DNA from: an uncultured Pseudomonadales bacterium
GTDB taxonomy: Bacteria > Patescibacteriota > Microgenomatia > UBA1400 > PJMF01
Direction: 5' to 3'
Assembly: GCA_964653045.1 (NCBI GenBank)
Contig: CAZZBW010000002.1
Coordinates: 298-64,297 of the forward strand
Length of the DNA: 64,000 bases
Shown: positions 1 to 7,565 of the stretch, piece by piece
Layout of the letters: every line of letters starts with the position of its first letter
Numbering within the stretch: position 1 is the stretch's first letter
Notes under the pieces: model-generated
Database searches by the model: none
What the model was told of the DNA's origin: nothing
What the model saw: the letters and a program-made list of their open reading frames with translations, nothing else
Made by a program: the position numbers and the translations under genes

Positions 1-198
1 TTAATTAGATTTAATGGAGAAGTAGACGTCAATAAAATAATTGAGTCCGTGCGCCACTTTGACCCAAGTCTGGCACCTAAAACTGAACCGACAACTCAAG
101 TACCCCTCGCTCCTCAACCTAAGAAAAAAATGATTGAGACTACTACAACTTCACCAGCAGCCAAAAAATTGTGGGCAAAGTGGCACGGGAGTAATTAA
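1..198 (+). CDS. 3' end of an upstream CDS running off the window (hypothetical protein C-terminus)
   Basis: Frame 1 is open from position 1 to the TAA at 196-198; no homology recognised. Confidence 0.3.
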   Translation, partial: LIRFNGEVDVNKIIESVRHFDPSLAPKTEPTTQVPLAPQPKKKMIETTTTSPAAKKLWAKWHGSN

Positions 199-259
199 GC
201 CTAATCTTCCTAAAGTTTTCATATTGTACCGCATCAGATCCTGACAACCGGACTCACAG

Positions 260-1156
260 TTGCTATACTACCCAATTATGATAATCAAAAAAGCCCTAAT
301 TGCCGCCGCTGGTTTTGGTACTCGCTTCCTGCCGATTACCAAAACCATTCAAAAAGAGATGTTGCCTGTTCTCAATCGGCCAACAGTTGATTACTTGGTC
401 GAAGATTTGGTTAAAGCCGGAGTGGAAGAAATCATTTTCGTCATTAATGAACACAATAAACAGTTATTACACTACTACAGTGAAAACCCCCGTTTATTTA
501 GCTACCTAAGTAAACATGGTAAAGAAGAGCTTTATACGCAAATGGTAAAAATCCATCAACAGGCTCGGTTCCATTTTATAAAACAATCGGACACCGATCC
601 ATACGGTACCGCGACACCTCTAAAATTAGCTCAATCCCATTTAGCCAATGAACCTGCCTTTTTTGTATTTATGGGCGACGATTTCTTGTTCAACCCTAAA
701 GGACAATCTGAATCTGGCAAAATGCTTGAACTCTATCAAAAAAGCCAAGCTGATGGACTAATTACTTGCATCACGAAACCAAGAGCAGAGCTAGGTCTTT
801 ACGGCGTGGTTAAGCTCGGATCTCAAAATGGCTTTTCGTACTTGGACTCAATTGTCGAAAAGCCAAAGCCTGAAGAAGCACCGTCCAATCTCGTGAACAT
901 CAGCAAGTATATTCTCACTCCTGAAGTGTTCTCACTTATTGACGAACAAAAACCAGATGTAAAATCTGGTGAGCTGTATATTGTTGATACAGTGACACGT
1001 TGGGCACAATCCAAAAAAATAGTTGTTTATGAGCCCGCAGATCCTTACTTAGACTGTGGCAATGTCATGGGTTGGCTCGAAGCCAACCTCAGCGTAGCGC
1101 TAAATCACCCAACATATGCAGATTCAACCAAAATCTTAATCAAAGAATTACTCTAA
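260..1156 (+). CDS. galU: UTP--glucose-1-phosphate uridylyltransferase (sugar nucleotidyltransferase)
   Basis: N-terminal AAGFGTRFLPITK...KEMLPV nucleotidyltransferase signature; length 298 aa. Confidence 0.8.
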   Translation: MLYYPIMIIKKALIAAAGFGTRFLPITKTIQKEMLPVLNRPTVDYLVEDLVKAGVEEIIFVINEHNKQLLHYYSENPRLFSYLSKHGKEELYTQMVKIHQQARFHFIKQSDTDPYGTATPLKLAQSHLANEPAFFVFMGDDFLFNPKGQSESGKMLELYQKSQADGLITCITKPRAELGLYGVVKLGSQNGFSYLDSIVEKPKPEEAPSNLVNISKYILTPEVFSLIDEQKPDVKSGELYIVDTVTRWAQSKKIVVYEPADPYLDCGNVMGWLEANLSVALNHPTYADSTKILIKELL

Positions 1157-1160
1157 GCAC

Positions 1161-2225
1161 TTAGTTGCGATATTCGTTGCGGTATACTTCAATACTGGTC
1201 ATGAGAATCACCATAATTAATGGACCGTAAATTAAGCCAATGAAACCAAAAGTCTGTAGACCAGCTAAAACTGCAATCAGCATTAAAGCAGGATGAAGAT
1301 TGGCATCTTTCGAAACCATCAACGGGCGCAATATATTGTCGACGCTGTTAACAACTAACATTTGCCAAATAAAGATTAACAAACCAATGATCCAATGTCC
1401 TGAGAGAATATAAATTATCGCGATTGGGACTGTTACCATACCTGTCCCCACAATTGGAAGAATCGAGAGCACCATCATCAAGAATGCCAAAAATACTGGC
1501 GTAGGCACTCCTAATATCGCCAGAAAAATTCCTCCCACTAGACCTTGAACAATACCAATTACAAAAGTGCCCTTGATGGTGTCCATCACCATTGCGTGAG
1601 AACGACGAAAATATTGCAAAGTGGCATCAGCACTTAAAGGGCTGATGCTAATCAGAAAGTTTTTCAGTTTTTGCAAGTTGGGCAGAATAAAAAAAACTAA
1701 GAAAATTACTAAAATAAAATTAATAAAAAATATCACCGAGCTGTTACCAACCACCCAAATAGAGTTAACTAAAATGTTTCGCAACGGAATAAGTAGGTCA
1801 TTTAAAGATTGGATGATTAATTGTTGATTAATTTGAATATCTAGCAACGGAATTTGGATATTAAATCCTTGGTTTTGCTCTATCCAACCTTGCCAGTCAG
1901 TTTGACCGTAGCTTGATTGAAGGAGCGAGATAGCTTCAACCACTTGATTGAGTAAGCTTCGGATAAAAACAACCATCGGCACAATTAAAACAAACAAACT
2001 AAATATTACAGTAATTGGAGTTGCAACCCATGCTGGCTTTGGAAAAAGTTTTTTTAGCGAGCAGTGAATCGGCCAAATAATCACCGAAAAAACAAAACTG
2101 CTAAATATCAGACCAACATAGTCTTTCACCATATATGCGGTGAGAATAATGACCAGCGCAAAAAAAATGAAGAATATTTGGGTGTGATATTTTGAATTTT
2201 TTTTGCGCAAAAAATTTGTCAACAT
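1161..2225 (-). CDS. AI-2E (PerM/UPF0118) family transporter
   Basis: Polytopic membrane protein of about 350 aa with the typical AI-2E architecture and conserved C-terminal region. Confidence 0.7.
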   Translation of the reverse strand: MLTNFLRKKNSKYHTQIFFIFFALVIILTAYMVKDYVGLIFSSFVFSVIIWPIHCSLKKLFPKPAWVATPITVIFSLFVLIVPMVVFIRSLLNQVVEAISLLQSSYGQTDWQGWIEQNQGFNIQIPLLDIQINQQLIIQSLNDLLIPLRNILVNSIWVVGNSSVIFFINFILVIFLVFFILPNLQKLKNFLISISPLSADATLQYFRRSHAMVMDTIKGTFVIGIVQGLVGGIFLAILGVPTPVFLAFLMMVLSILPIVGTGMVTVPIAIIYILSGHWIIGLLIFIWQMLVVNSVDNILRPLMVSKDANLHPALMLIAVLAGLQTFGFIGLIYGPLIMVILMTSIEVYRNEYRN

Positions 2226-2293
2226 ATATATTTTAGTATAAACTATCTGCTACTCTTGACACAAGAGGTGAAGTTGAGGCACAATAGGAGGCA

Positions 2294-3172
2294 ATGTCCA
2301 TCTGCAATTTAGATTACATCAATCGCCTCGAGCAAATTGAACCCACTGCTTCTCCAACCACGCTCAATTCTCCAAACAAAACGCGCTTGGTCGTTCCAAC
2401 ACTTATTTTACTAAGCATGCTTACTTTTGGTGGTGTTAAACTTTTTAATAACTTTCAATCACAAAATCACCAACAGTTAATTGCGCCCATTTCCCAAGAT
2501 AATGTAATTAATCAAAACCTAGCCGCAAACGATAATAATTCTCAAAACGAAACAAGTATGCTTGGCCAGTTAGTCGAAGACGACTCACCACTCACTGCCA
2601 GAGTCGCCGGAGTGAGCACAGAAAATGCTCGCCAAGAAGACCAAACCGGTGAGTTTGGACTTCTTGAAGAAAAAATACAGTGTCAAAAACAGCTAATTTT
2701 TAGTTTGGGAGATATTGAGAGTGAGACGAGCGCCCACCCCGCTGACGAGTTCAACTGGGTGGGCGCTCTAGATGTGTTACCTGAGTATCCCACGCCCTTC
2801 ATCGTTAGTGAAAATCAAGCTGATGAATTTCCCTGGAGAACCCTGCTCCCCAATGCAGAACCAATCGTCATCAACTTTGAGTGGCCCAGTGCTACCACTG
2901 CCCCACTAGAAATGACTGTTGGTTGGAGGACCGGTACACAAGGAACGAAAGCGATCTCTGTCATGCTCAACAACCAAGCCTCCAACCCCTCTCCTGCTTA
3001 CGAGACAAAGCTTGAGCACAGTAACTGGCAGCAAATGCAGCTGGTTGAAAGCTCCTTTGCTCTAGATGGTCTGGCACTTGGTCAAAATCAGCTCACTGTC
3101 AAACCCATCATCAATTCTGGAGATCCGATTGTCTGGGATTATCTAAGGTTGGAGTTATTAAACTGCCCCTAA
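2294..3172 (+). CDS. hypothetical secreted/membrane-anchored protein
   Basis: N-terminal hydrophobic segment (LVVPTLILLSMLTFGGV); no recognisable domain. Confidence 0.45.
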   Translation: MSICNLDYINRLEQIEPTASPTTLNSPNKTRLVVPTLILLSMLTFGGVKLFNNFQSQNHQQLIAPISQDNVINQNLAANDNNSQNETSMLGQLVEDDSPLTARVAGVSTENARQEDQTGEFGLLEEKIQCQKQLIFSLGDIESETSAHPADEFNWVGALDVLPEYPTPFIVSENQADEFPWRTLLPNAEPIVINFEWPSATTAPLEMTVGWRTGTQGTKAISVMLNNQASNPSPAYETKLEHSNWQQMQLVESSFALDGLALGQNQLTVKPIINSGDPIVWDYLRLELLNCP

Positions 3173-3200
3173 TTTGGTCATGCTGATATAATATAGGCTT

Positions 3201-3923
3201 ATGATGCAGCTCGAGAGTCTCTCCCTGTTTTTTCCAGCATTCAACGAAGAGCAAAATATTCAAGCGCAGCTGAACCACGCCCTTGAAGTAGTACCCTCAA
3301 TTGCTAAGCAATACGAAATGATCGTGATTGACGATGGCTCTACAGATCAAACAGAATCGATTGTACAAAAGATGATGGTTAGTCATCCTCAAATTAAGCT
3401 TATTTCCCATCCCAAAAATCGAGGTTATGGCGCTGCCTTGAAGTCGGGATTCAAGGCAGCGCAGTACTCACGGATTTTCTTCACTGATGCTGACCTGCAA
3501 TTTGATTTGAAAGAACTGAGCGAGTTCATTCCCTTCACCGCTCAGTATCAAGCCATTCTTGGTTATCGTCGTACCCGAGCCGAGGGTAAAGGCCGAGCCT
3601 TTAACGCCAAGTTGTTCAAAGTATTTATTGACTTGCTCTTCCGCGTCCACGTCAAAGACATCGACTGTGCCTTCAAATTATTTGACGCTCGATTGATTCA
3701 CTCAATCGAGCTGGAATCAAATGGTGCTTTTATCTCGGCCGAACTGCTTTACAAGCTGAAAAAACAAGGTACGAACTTCAAACAAATCCCCGTCACTCAT
3801 CATCCACGCTTGCGCGGCAACCCCACGGGTGCCAATATCAAAGTAATCATTAAAGCTGGTCTAGAAGCCATCAAGCTTTATCTGAAGATAAAGCTCCACC
3901 GTCTCCAAGCCCATCAATGGTAA
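3201..3923 (+). CDS. family 2 glycosyltransferase (dolichol-phosphate mannosyltransferase-like)
   Basis: FNEE...IVIDDGSTD...GYGAALKSG...TDADLQ motifs typical of DPM1-like GT2. Confidence 0.75.
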   Translation: MMQLESLSLFFPAFNEEQNIQAQLNHALEVVPSIAKQYEMIVIDDGSTDQTESIVQKMMVSHPQIKLISHPKNRGYGAALKSGFKAAQYSRIFFTDADLQFDLKELSEFIPFTAQYQAILGYRRTRAEGKGRAFNAKLFKVFIDLLFRVHVKDIDCAFKLFDARLIHSIELESNGAFISAELLYKLKKQGTNFKQIPVTHHPRLRGNPTGANIKVIIKAGLEAIKLYLKIKLHRLQAHQW

Positions 3924-3934
3924 AATATTCTTAC

Positions 3935-3996
3935 GGAAGCGTCGCACCTGCCCGCAATGCATACGCATAGCGTTGCAGGCGGGTAGCGGTCAATTG
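3935..3996 (+). other. partial 5' copy of tRNA-Ser (acceptor stem + D arm) interrupted by a 37-nt insert
   Basis: ggaagcgtcgca + insert + tagcggtcaattg is identical to nt 1-25 of the downstream tRNA except for the insert in the D loop. Confidence 0.55.
3947..3983 (+). repeat. 37-nt GC-rich element (inverted-repeat arm U)
   Basis: cctgcccgcaatgcatacgcatagcgttgcaggcggg; its exact reverse complement is at 4161-4197; a near copy is at 12909-12944. Confidence 0.7.
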
Positions 3997-4055
3997 AAAA
4001 ACACTACAACTGACAACCATACTGAAATTAGACTAGAATTAACAAGTAGAAAAAA

Positions 4056-4143
4056 GGAAGCGTCGCATAGCGGTCAATTGCACCGGTCTTGAAAACCGGA
4101 ACCCGCAAGGGTTTCGTGGGTTCGAATCCCACCGCTTCCGCCA
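4056..4143 (+). tRNA. tRNA-Ser (anticodon TGA), type II with long variable arm, CCA encoded
   Basis: Cloverleaf folds by eye: acceptor GGAAGCG/CGCTTCC, anticodon stem CCGGT/ACCGG with loop CTTGAAA, variable arm ACCCGCAAGGGT, T arm GTGGG-TTCGAAT-CCCAC, discriminator G. Confidence 0.85.
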
Positions 4144-4160
4144 GGAAAGGTGGGATGAGA

Positions 4161-4197
4161 CCCGCCTGCAACGCTATGCGTATGCATTGCGGGCAGG
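4161..4197 (-). repeat. 37-nt GC-rich element (inverted-repeat arm D), perfect reverse complement of 3947-3983
   Basis: cccgcctgcaacgctatgcgtatgcattgcgggcagg. Confidence 0.7.
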
Positions 4198-4288
4198 AGT
4201 TTACTCTGAATTAGATTCAGGGAATCCCACCACTTCCGCCGCAACAATCGTTACCACTACCGTTTCAAAAAAATTAAATACAATTGAT

Positions 4289-5104
4289 ATGACGCATAAC
4301 AAGATCAGCTTGAATCCCTCCAAAACTCTGATTATAACTTGTTTGCTCATCATATTGTTTTCTTGGTCAATATTTATATTGATCCAAAATCTACAGCTGC
4401 AGAAACAAATTGAGCAACAGAATTCCTTGATCAGAACTCAAGCTCACGTAATTCAACAAAAAAATAATCAAACATCTCCAGAAGAAGTGATAAAACAAAA
4501 AGAAATAAATTTTTTCGTCAATGAAGTTCTTCCCAATTACCCAAATCTAATCGATACTGCCAAAGAGCAAATATTAGATGTTTTTGTTTTTTCTACTCAA
4601 AATAAAACGAGCGGTCGGCTAGTAGAAGCAGGAAATCCTGAAAACAAGTCTTATTACTTAATTTCAGATCAAGTACAAACTAGACTAAGAGACGTAATGA
4701 TTTCAAACTTGGGGGAAAACACTGTTTGTTCAAACTCCAAATTCATGACATTCGGCAATGATGCTGGTTTAGTGAGAAATTTAAAAGACGATAATGGCTA
4801 CATCATCATTGCCGGAGAGCATTGTCAAACATACAGCGGAGAAAATTCCATTGCGGTATATTCCTTGAGCACTGGGAATAAAATTAACTTAACAGGCAGA
4901 TTCACTGTTCCTGGGACTCGTTGGAGTGGCACAACTAATAATGGTACAGCTACCGGCATGCTTGTAGGTGTGTATGGAGATTTTGATCCAATTTTAGTTG
5001 TTAGTTATGGATCTCAATCAGGGGCGATGGACAGTGACATCAATCTCCTTGCATTTTTTGATTTGCAAACTGGCAAGCTCATGAGCACGCAAAAATTTGA
5101 TTAA
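4289..5104 (+). CDS. hypothetical membrane-anchored protein
   Basis: The ORF-track start at 4187 lies inside the inverted repeat, so the internal Met (MTHNK) followed by a TM helix is the likelier start; no domain recognised. Confidence 0.45.
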   Translation: MTHNKISLNPSKTLIITCLLIILFSWSIFILIQNLQLQKQIEQQNSLIRTQAHVIQQKNNQTSPEEVIKQKEINFFVNEVLPNYPNLIDTAKEQILDVFVFSTQNKTSGRLVEAGNPENKSYYLISDQVQTRLRDVMISNLGENTVCSNSKFMTFGNDAGLVRNLKDDNGYIIIAGEHCQTYSGENSIAVYSLSTGNKINLTGRFTVPGTRWSGTTNNGTATGMLVGVYGDFDPILVVSYGSQSGAMDSDINLLAFFDLQTGKLMSTQKFD

Positions 5105-5275
5105 GATGGCTTTACAGAAACACCGATGCTTGAAGAAGGTTTTTATCCATTGGGCAAATCTTATCAAGATGGCTTCGCGATTAAAGAAAACTGATTGCAC
5201 ATTGTTTCCAATTGACTACAATCCTATTCATCATCTAAGATATCAGGACGCATATGTGAAGTTTCTAGGATATCT

Positions 5276-6493
5276 ATGAAAATTTTAAGTAGTATCTTCA
5301 TGGCTCTGGGTTTTATCTTTTTTACCTCCACAATTCAGGTTGCACAAGCTCAAGTAACGACTCAAGACGTGTATTTTTTCTGGGGAGACGGTTGCCCGCA
5401 CTGCATGAAGCTCAAACCACTGATGGAAGAGTGGAAAAACACATACCCACAATTACGGTTTGGCAGCTACGAAGTTTACAACAATCCTGAGAACCGCGAG
5501 ACCATGACCGAGATGGCGGAAAAACTGAACGTTAAAAACTTGGGAGTGCCGCTAACAATTGTGGGAGATCAAGCATTTGTCGGTTTTTTGAACGAGGAAA
5601 CAACTGGCAGAGAGATTGAGACCGCTATTCAACAGCTCGTTCAAAAAACCGACACCGCAGACACAGCGGAAATAATCACATCTCCCACTCCCTCTCCCTC
5701 ACCAACGCCGACCGTTGCGTTAACTCAAATTGAACAGATTCAAGATTCAAGTATCAAGTTACCCATATTTGGCCGAATCGATCCTAACTTAATCTCCATC
5801 CCCTTGGTGACAGTTATGATTGCTGCCCTGGATGGCTTCAATCCTTGCGCCATGTGGGCATTGGTTTTCTTGATTAGCTTGCTACTCGGATTAAAAGATA
5901 GAAAAAGAATGTGGATTTTGGGTGCCACCTTCATCGTCACTTCCGGACTGGTATACTTTTTGTTTCTATCTGCCTGGCTTAATTTGTTTTTGTTTGTAGG
6001 TATGATTTTCTGGGTCAGATTGGGAATTGGTCTGTTAGCGCTGGGGGCTGGCGGATACTATCTCAAAACCGCCCTAGAAAAGAAAGACACCGAGTGCAAA
6101 GTTACCGCCAGCCCCCAGCGTCGACAAGTTTTTGAAAGACTGAAAGATTTGACTCAACAAAAACAATTTATTATCGCTTTCTTAGGCATTATTGCTTTAG
6201 CAATCGCTGTTAACTTAGTGGAGCTATTTTGTTCTGCTGGTCTGCCCGCTGTTTACACCCAAATTCTGACCTTAAATCAATTGCCCACCTGGCAATATTA
6301 TAGCTATCTAGTTCTCTATATTTTGATTTTCATGCTCGACGACCTTATTGTTTTTTTTACCGCAATGTTCACTCTCAAAATCACTGGATTGGAAGGTAAA
6401 TACGCTCGTTACTCTCACATCATCGGCGGAGTGTTGATGCTGATTATTGGTTTATTAATGCTGTTTAAACCGGAGTGGTTAAGTTTCAGTTAA
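5276..6493 (+). CDS. thioredoxin-like domain fused to a CcdA/DsbD-family transmembrane thiol-disulfide transporter
   Basis: Signal peptide; WGDGCPHC thioredoxin CXXC; TM region with NPCAMW and LFCSAGLP cysteine motifs typical of the CcdA/DsbD beta domain. Confidence 0.65.
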   Translation: MKILSSIFMALGFIFFTSTIQVAQAQVTTQDVYFFWGDGCPHCMKLKPLMEEWKNTYPQLRFGSYEVYNNPENRETMTEMAEKLNVKNLGVPLTIVGDQAFVGFLNEETTGREIETAIQQLVQKTDTADTAEIITSPTPSPSPTPTVALTQIEQIQDSSIKLPIFGRIDPNLISIPLVTVMIAALDGFNPCAMWALVFLISLLLGLKDRKRMWILGATFIVTSGLVYFLFLSAWLNLFLFVGMIFWVRLGIGLLALGAGGYYLKTALEKKDTECKVTASPQRRQVFERLKDLTQQKQFIIAFLGIIALAIAVNLVELFCSAGLPAVYTQILTLNQLPTWQYYSYLVLYILIFMLDDLIVFFTAMFTLKITGLEGKYARYSHIIGGVLMLIIGLLMLFKPEWLSFS

Positions 6494-6501
6494 TCGAAGA
6501 A

Positions 6502-7521
6502 TTAGATAAAATTTGGTGAAACTTGATTCACATTGATCACTCCAGCCAAAATCATTGCCAAGCGGTCGATACCTAGGCCAACGCCGGCCAAATTATTTTT
6601 GGCGTTGATTTTAACCGCTTGGAGAAAGTCGGTATCGCAATGAAAATTTTGGCCACCCATCTGAAGTTGCGCTAGTTGTTGAACGAAAACTTGTTCGAGT
6701 TTTTTTTCGTCAGTTTCTTCAACACAACCATTGGCAATTTCCAAGCCAGATATGTACAACTCGAAACGCTGGGCAAAAAGAGGTCGGTCCTGCTGTGTTT
6801 TCGCCATCGGCGAAAGCACAGCAGGAAAATCAGTCAGAAAAAACGGTTCTTTCGGCAAGTGTGGTTCAACTTCATTGAGAAGCACCTGATTAAAAACTGG
6901 CTCAAACTCTTTCTGGTCAATATGATACTTATTTCGCTCTGCAAACTGGAAAAGTAACTGATGATCCTCTAGTATCTCGGCTAAGTTTAGCTGACAATGT
7001 TGAGCAAACAACTCAATTAGCGACAGTTGTAACCACGGTTGTTCGAGTGCATAATTAGTATTCTGGTACACGAACTCATTACTTGCTGGACTTTTCTCAA
7101 TCGTTTTTAATGCCTGGTGACAAAAGATGAACAATCCTTGTGTTTCCTTCATCAGAAACTCCAATGACTGGTGAAATCGGTACCATTCTAACATCAGAAA
7201 CTCTGGCTGATGCTGGTCGCCACTCGCCTCAAGATTGCGAAAACTGTGACCTATGGCATAACTTTCTCCTAAACCTTGAGCAATCAGTTTTTTAAAGTTT
7301 TGCTCGGGAGAAGTGGCTAAAAACAGTTGTTGTTTGATGTCGTTTTGTTGCCAAGTGGTGTGAAACACACCAATGTTGGGCTCGAGCATCGGTGCTCGAG
7401 CCAAAATCGGTACTTGCGCCTCAATCAAACCCCGATTGTCAAAAAACTCTCGTACTGCCCGCGCAACTATTTGTCTGGTGATAAATCCCCGCCAGTGGGA
7501 ATCGTCTAAATTTTTTTTCAT
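6502..7521 (-). CDS. epmA: EF-P lysyl-lysine ligase-like class II aaRS paralogue (EpmA/PoxA/GenX)
   Basis: SFRNLE...PEFLMLEWYR (motif 2) and GLGIDRLAMILAG (motif 3); about 339 aa with no anticodon-binding domain. Confidence 0.7.
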   Translation of the reverse strand: MKKNLDDSHWRGFITRQIVARAVREFFDNRGLIEAQVPILARAPMLEPNIGVFHTTWQQNDIKQQLFLATSPEQNFKKLIAQGLGESYAIGHSFRNLEASGDQHQPEFLMLEWYRFHQSLEFLMKETQGLFIFCHQALKTIEKSPASNEFVYQNTNYALEQPWLQLSLIELFAQHCQLNLAEILEDHQLLFQFAERNKYHIDQKEFEPVFNQVLLNEVEPHLPKEPFFLTDFPAVLSPMAKTQQDRPLFAQRFELYISGLEIANGCVEETDEKKLEQVFVQQLAQLQMGGQNFHCDTDFLQAVKINAKNNLAGVGLGIDRLAMILAGVINVNQVSPNFI

Positions 7522-7565
7522 GCTTTATTTTTGCAAAAAAAAACCTAGAATACTACCACCAATCA

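Noticed and set aside
3173-3200. Sigma70 promoter upstream of the GT2 gene (TTGGTC ... TATAAT)
   Set aside because: The -35-like and -10-like hexamers are only 7 nt apart, so this is not a functional arrangement
4187-4288. Annotated start of ORF 4187-5104
   Set aside because: The ATG at 4187 lies inside the 37-bp inverted repeat 3' of the tRNA; an internal Met at 4289 followed by a TM helix is the likelier start
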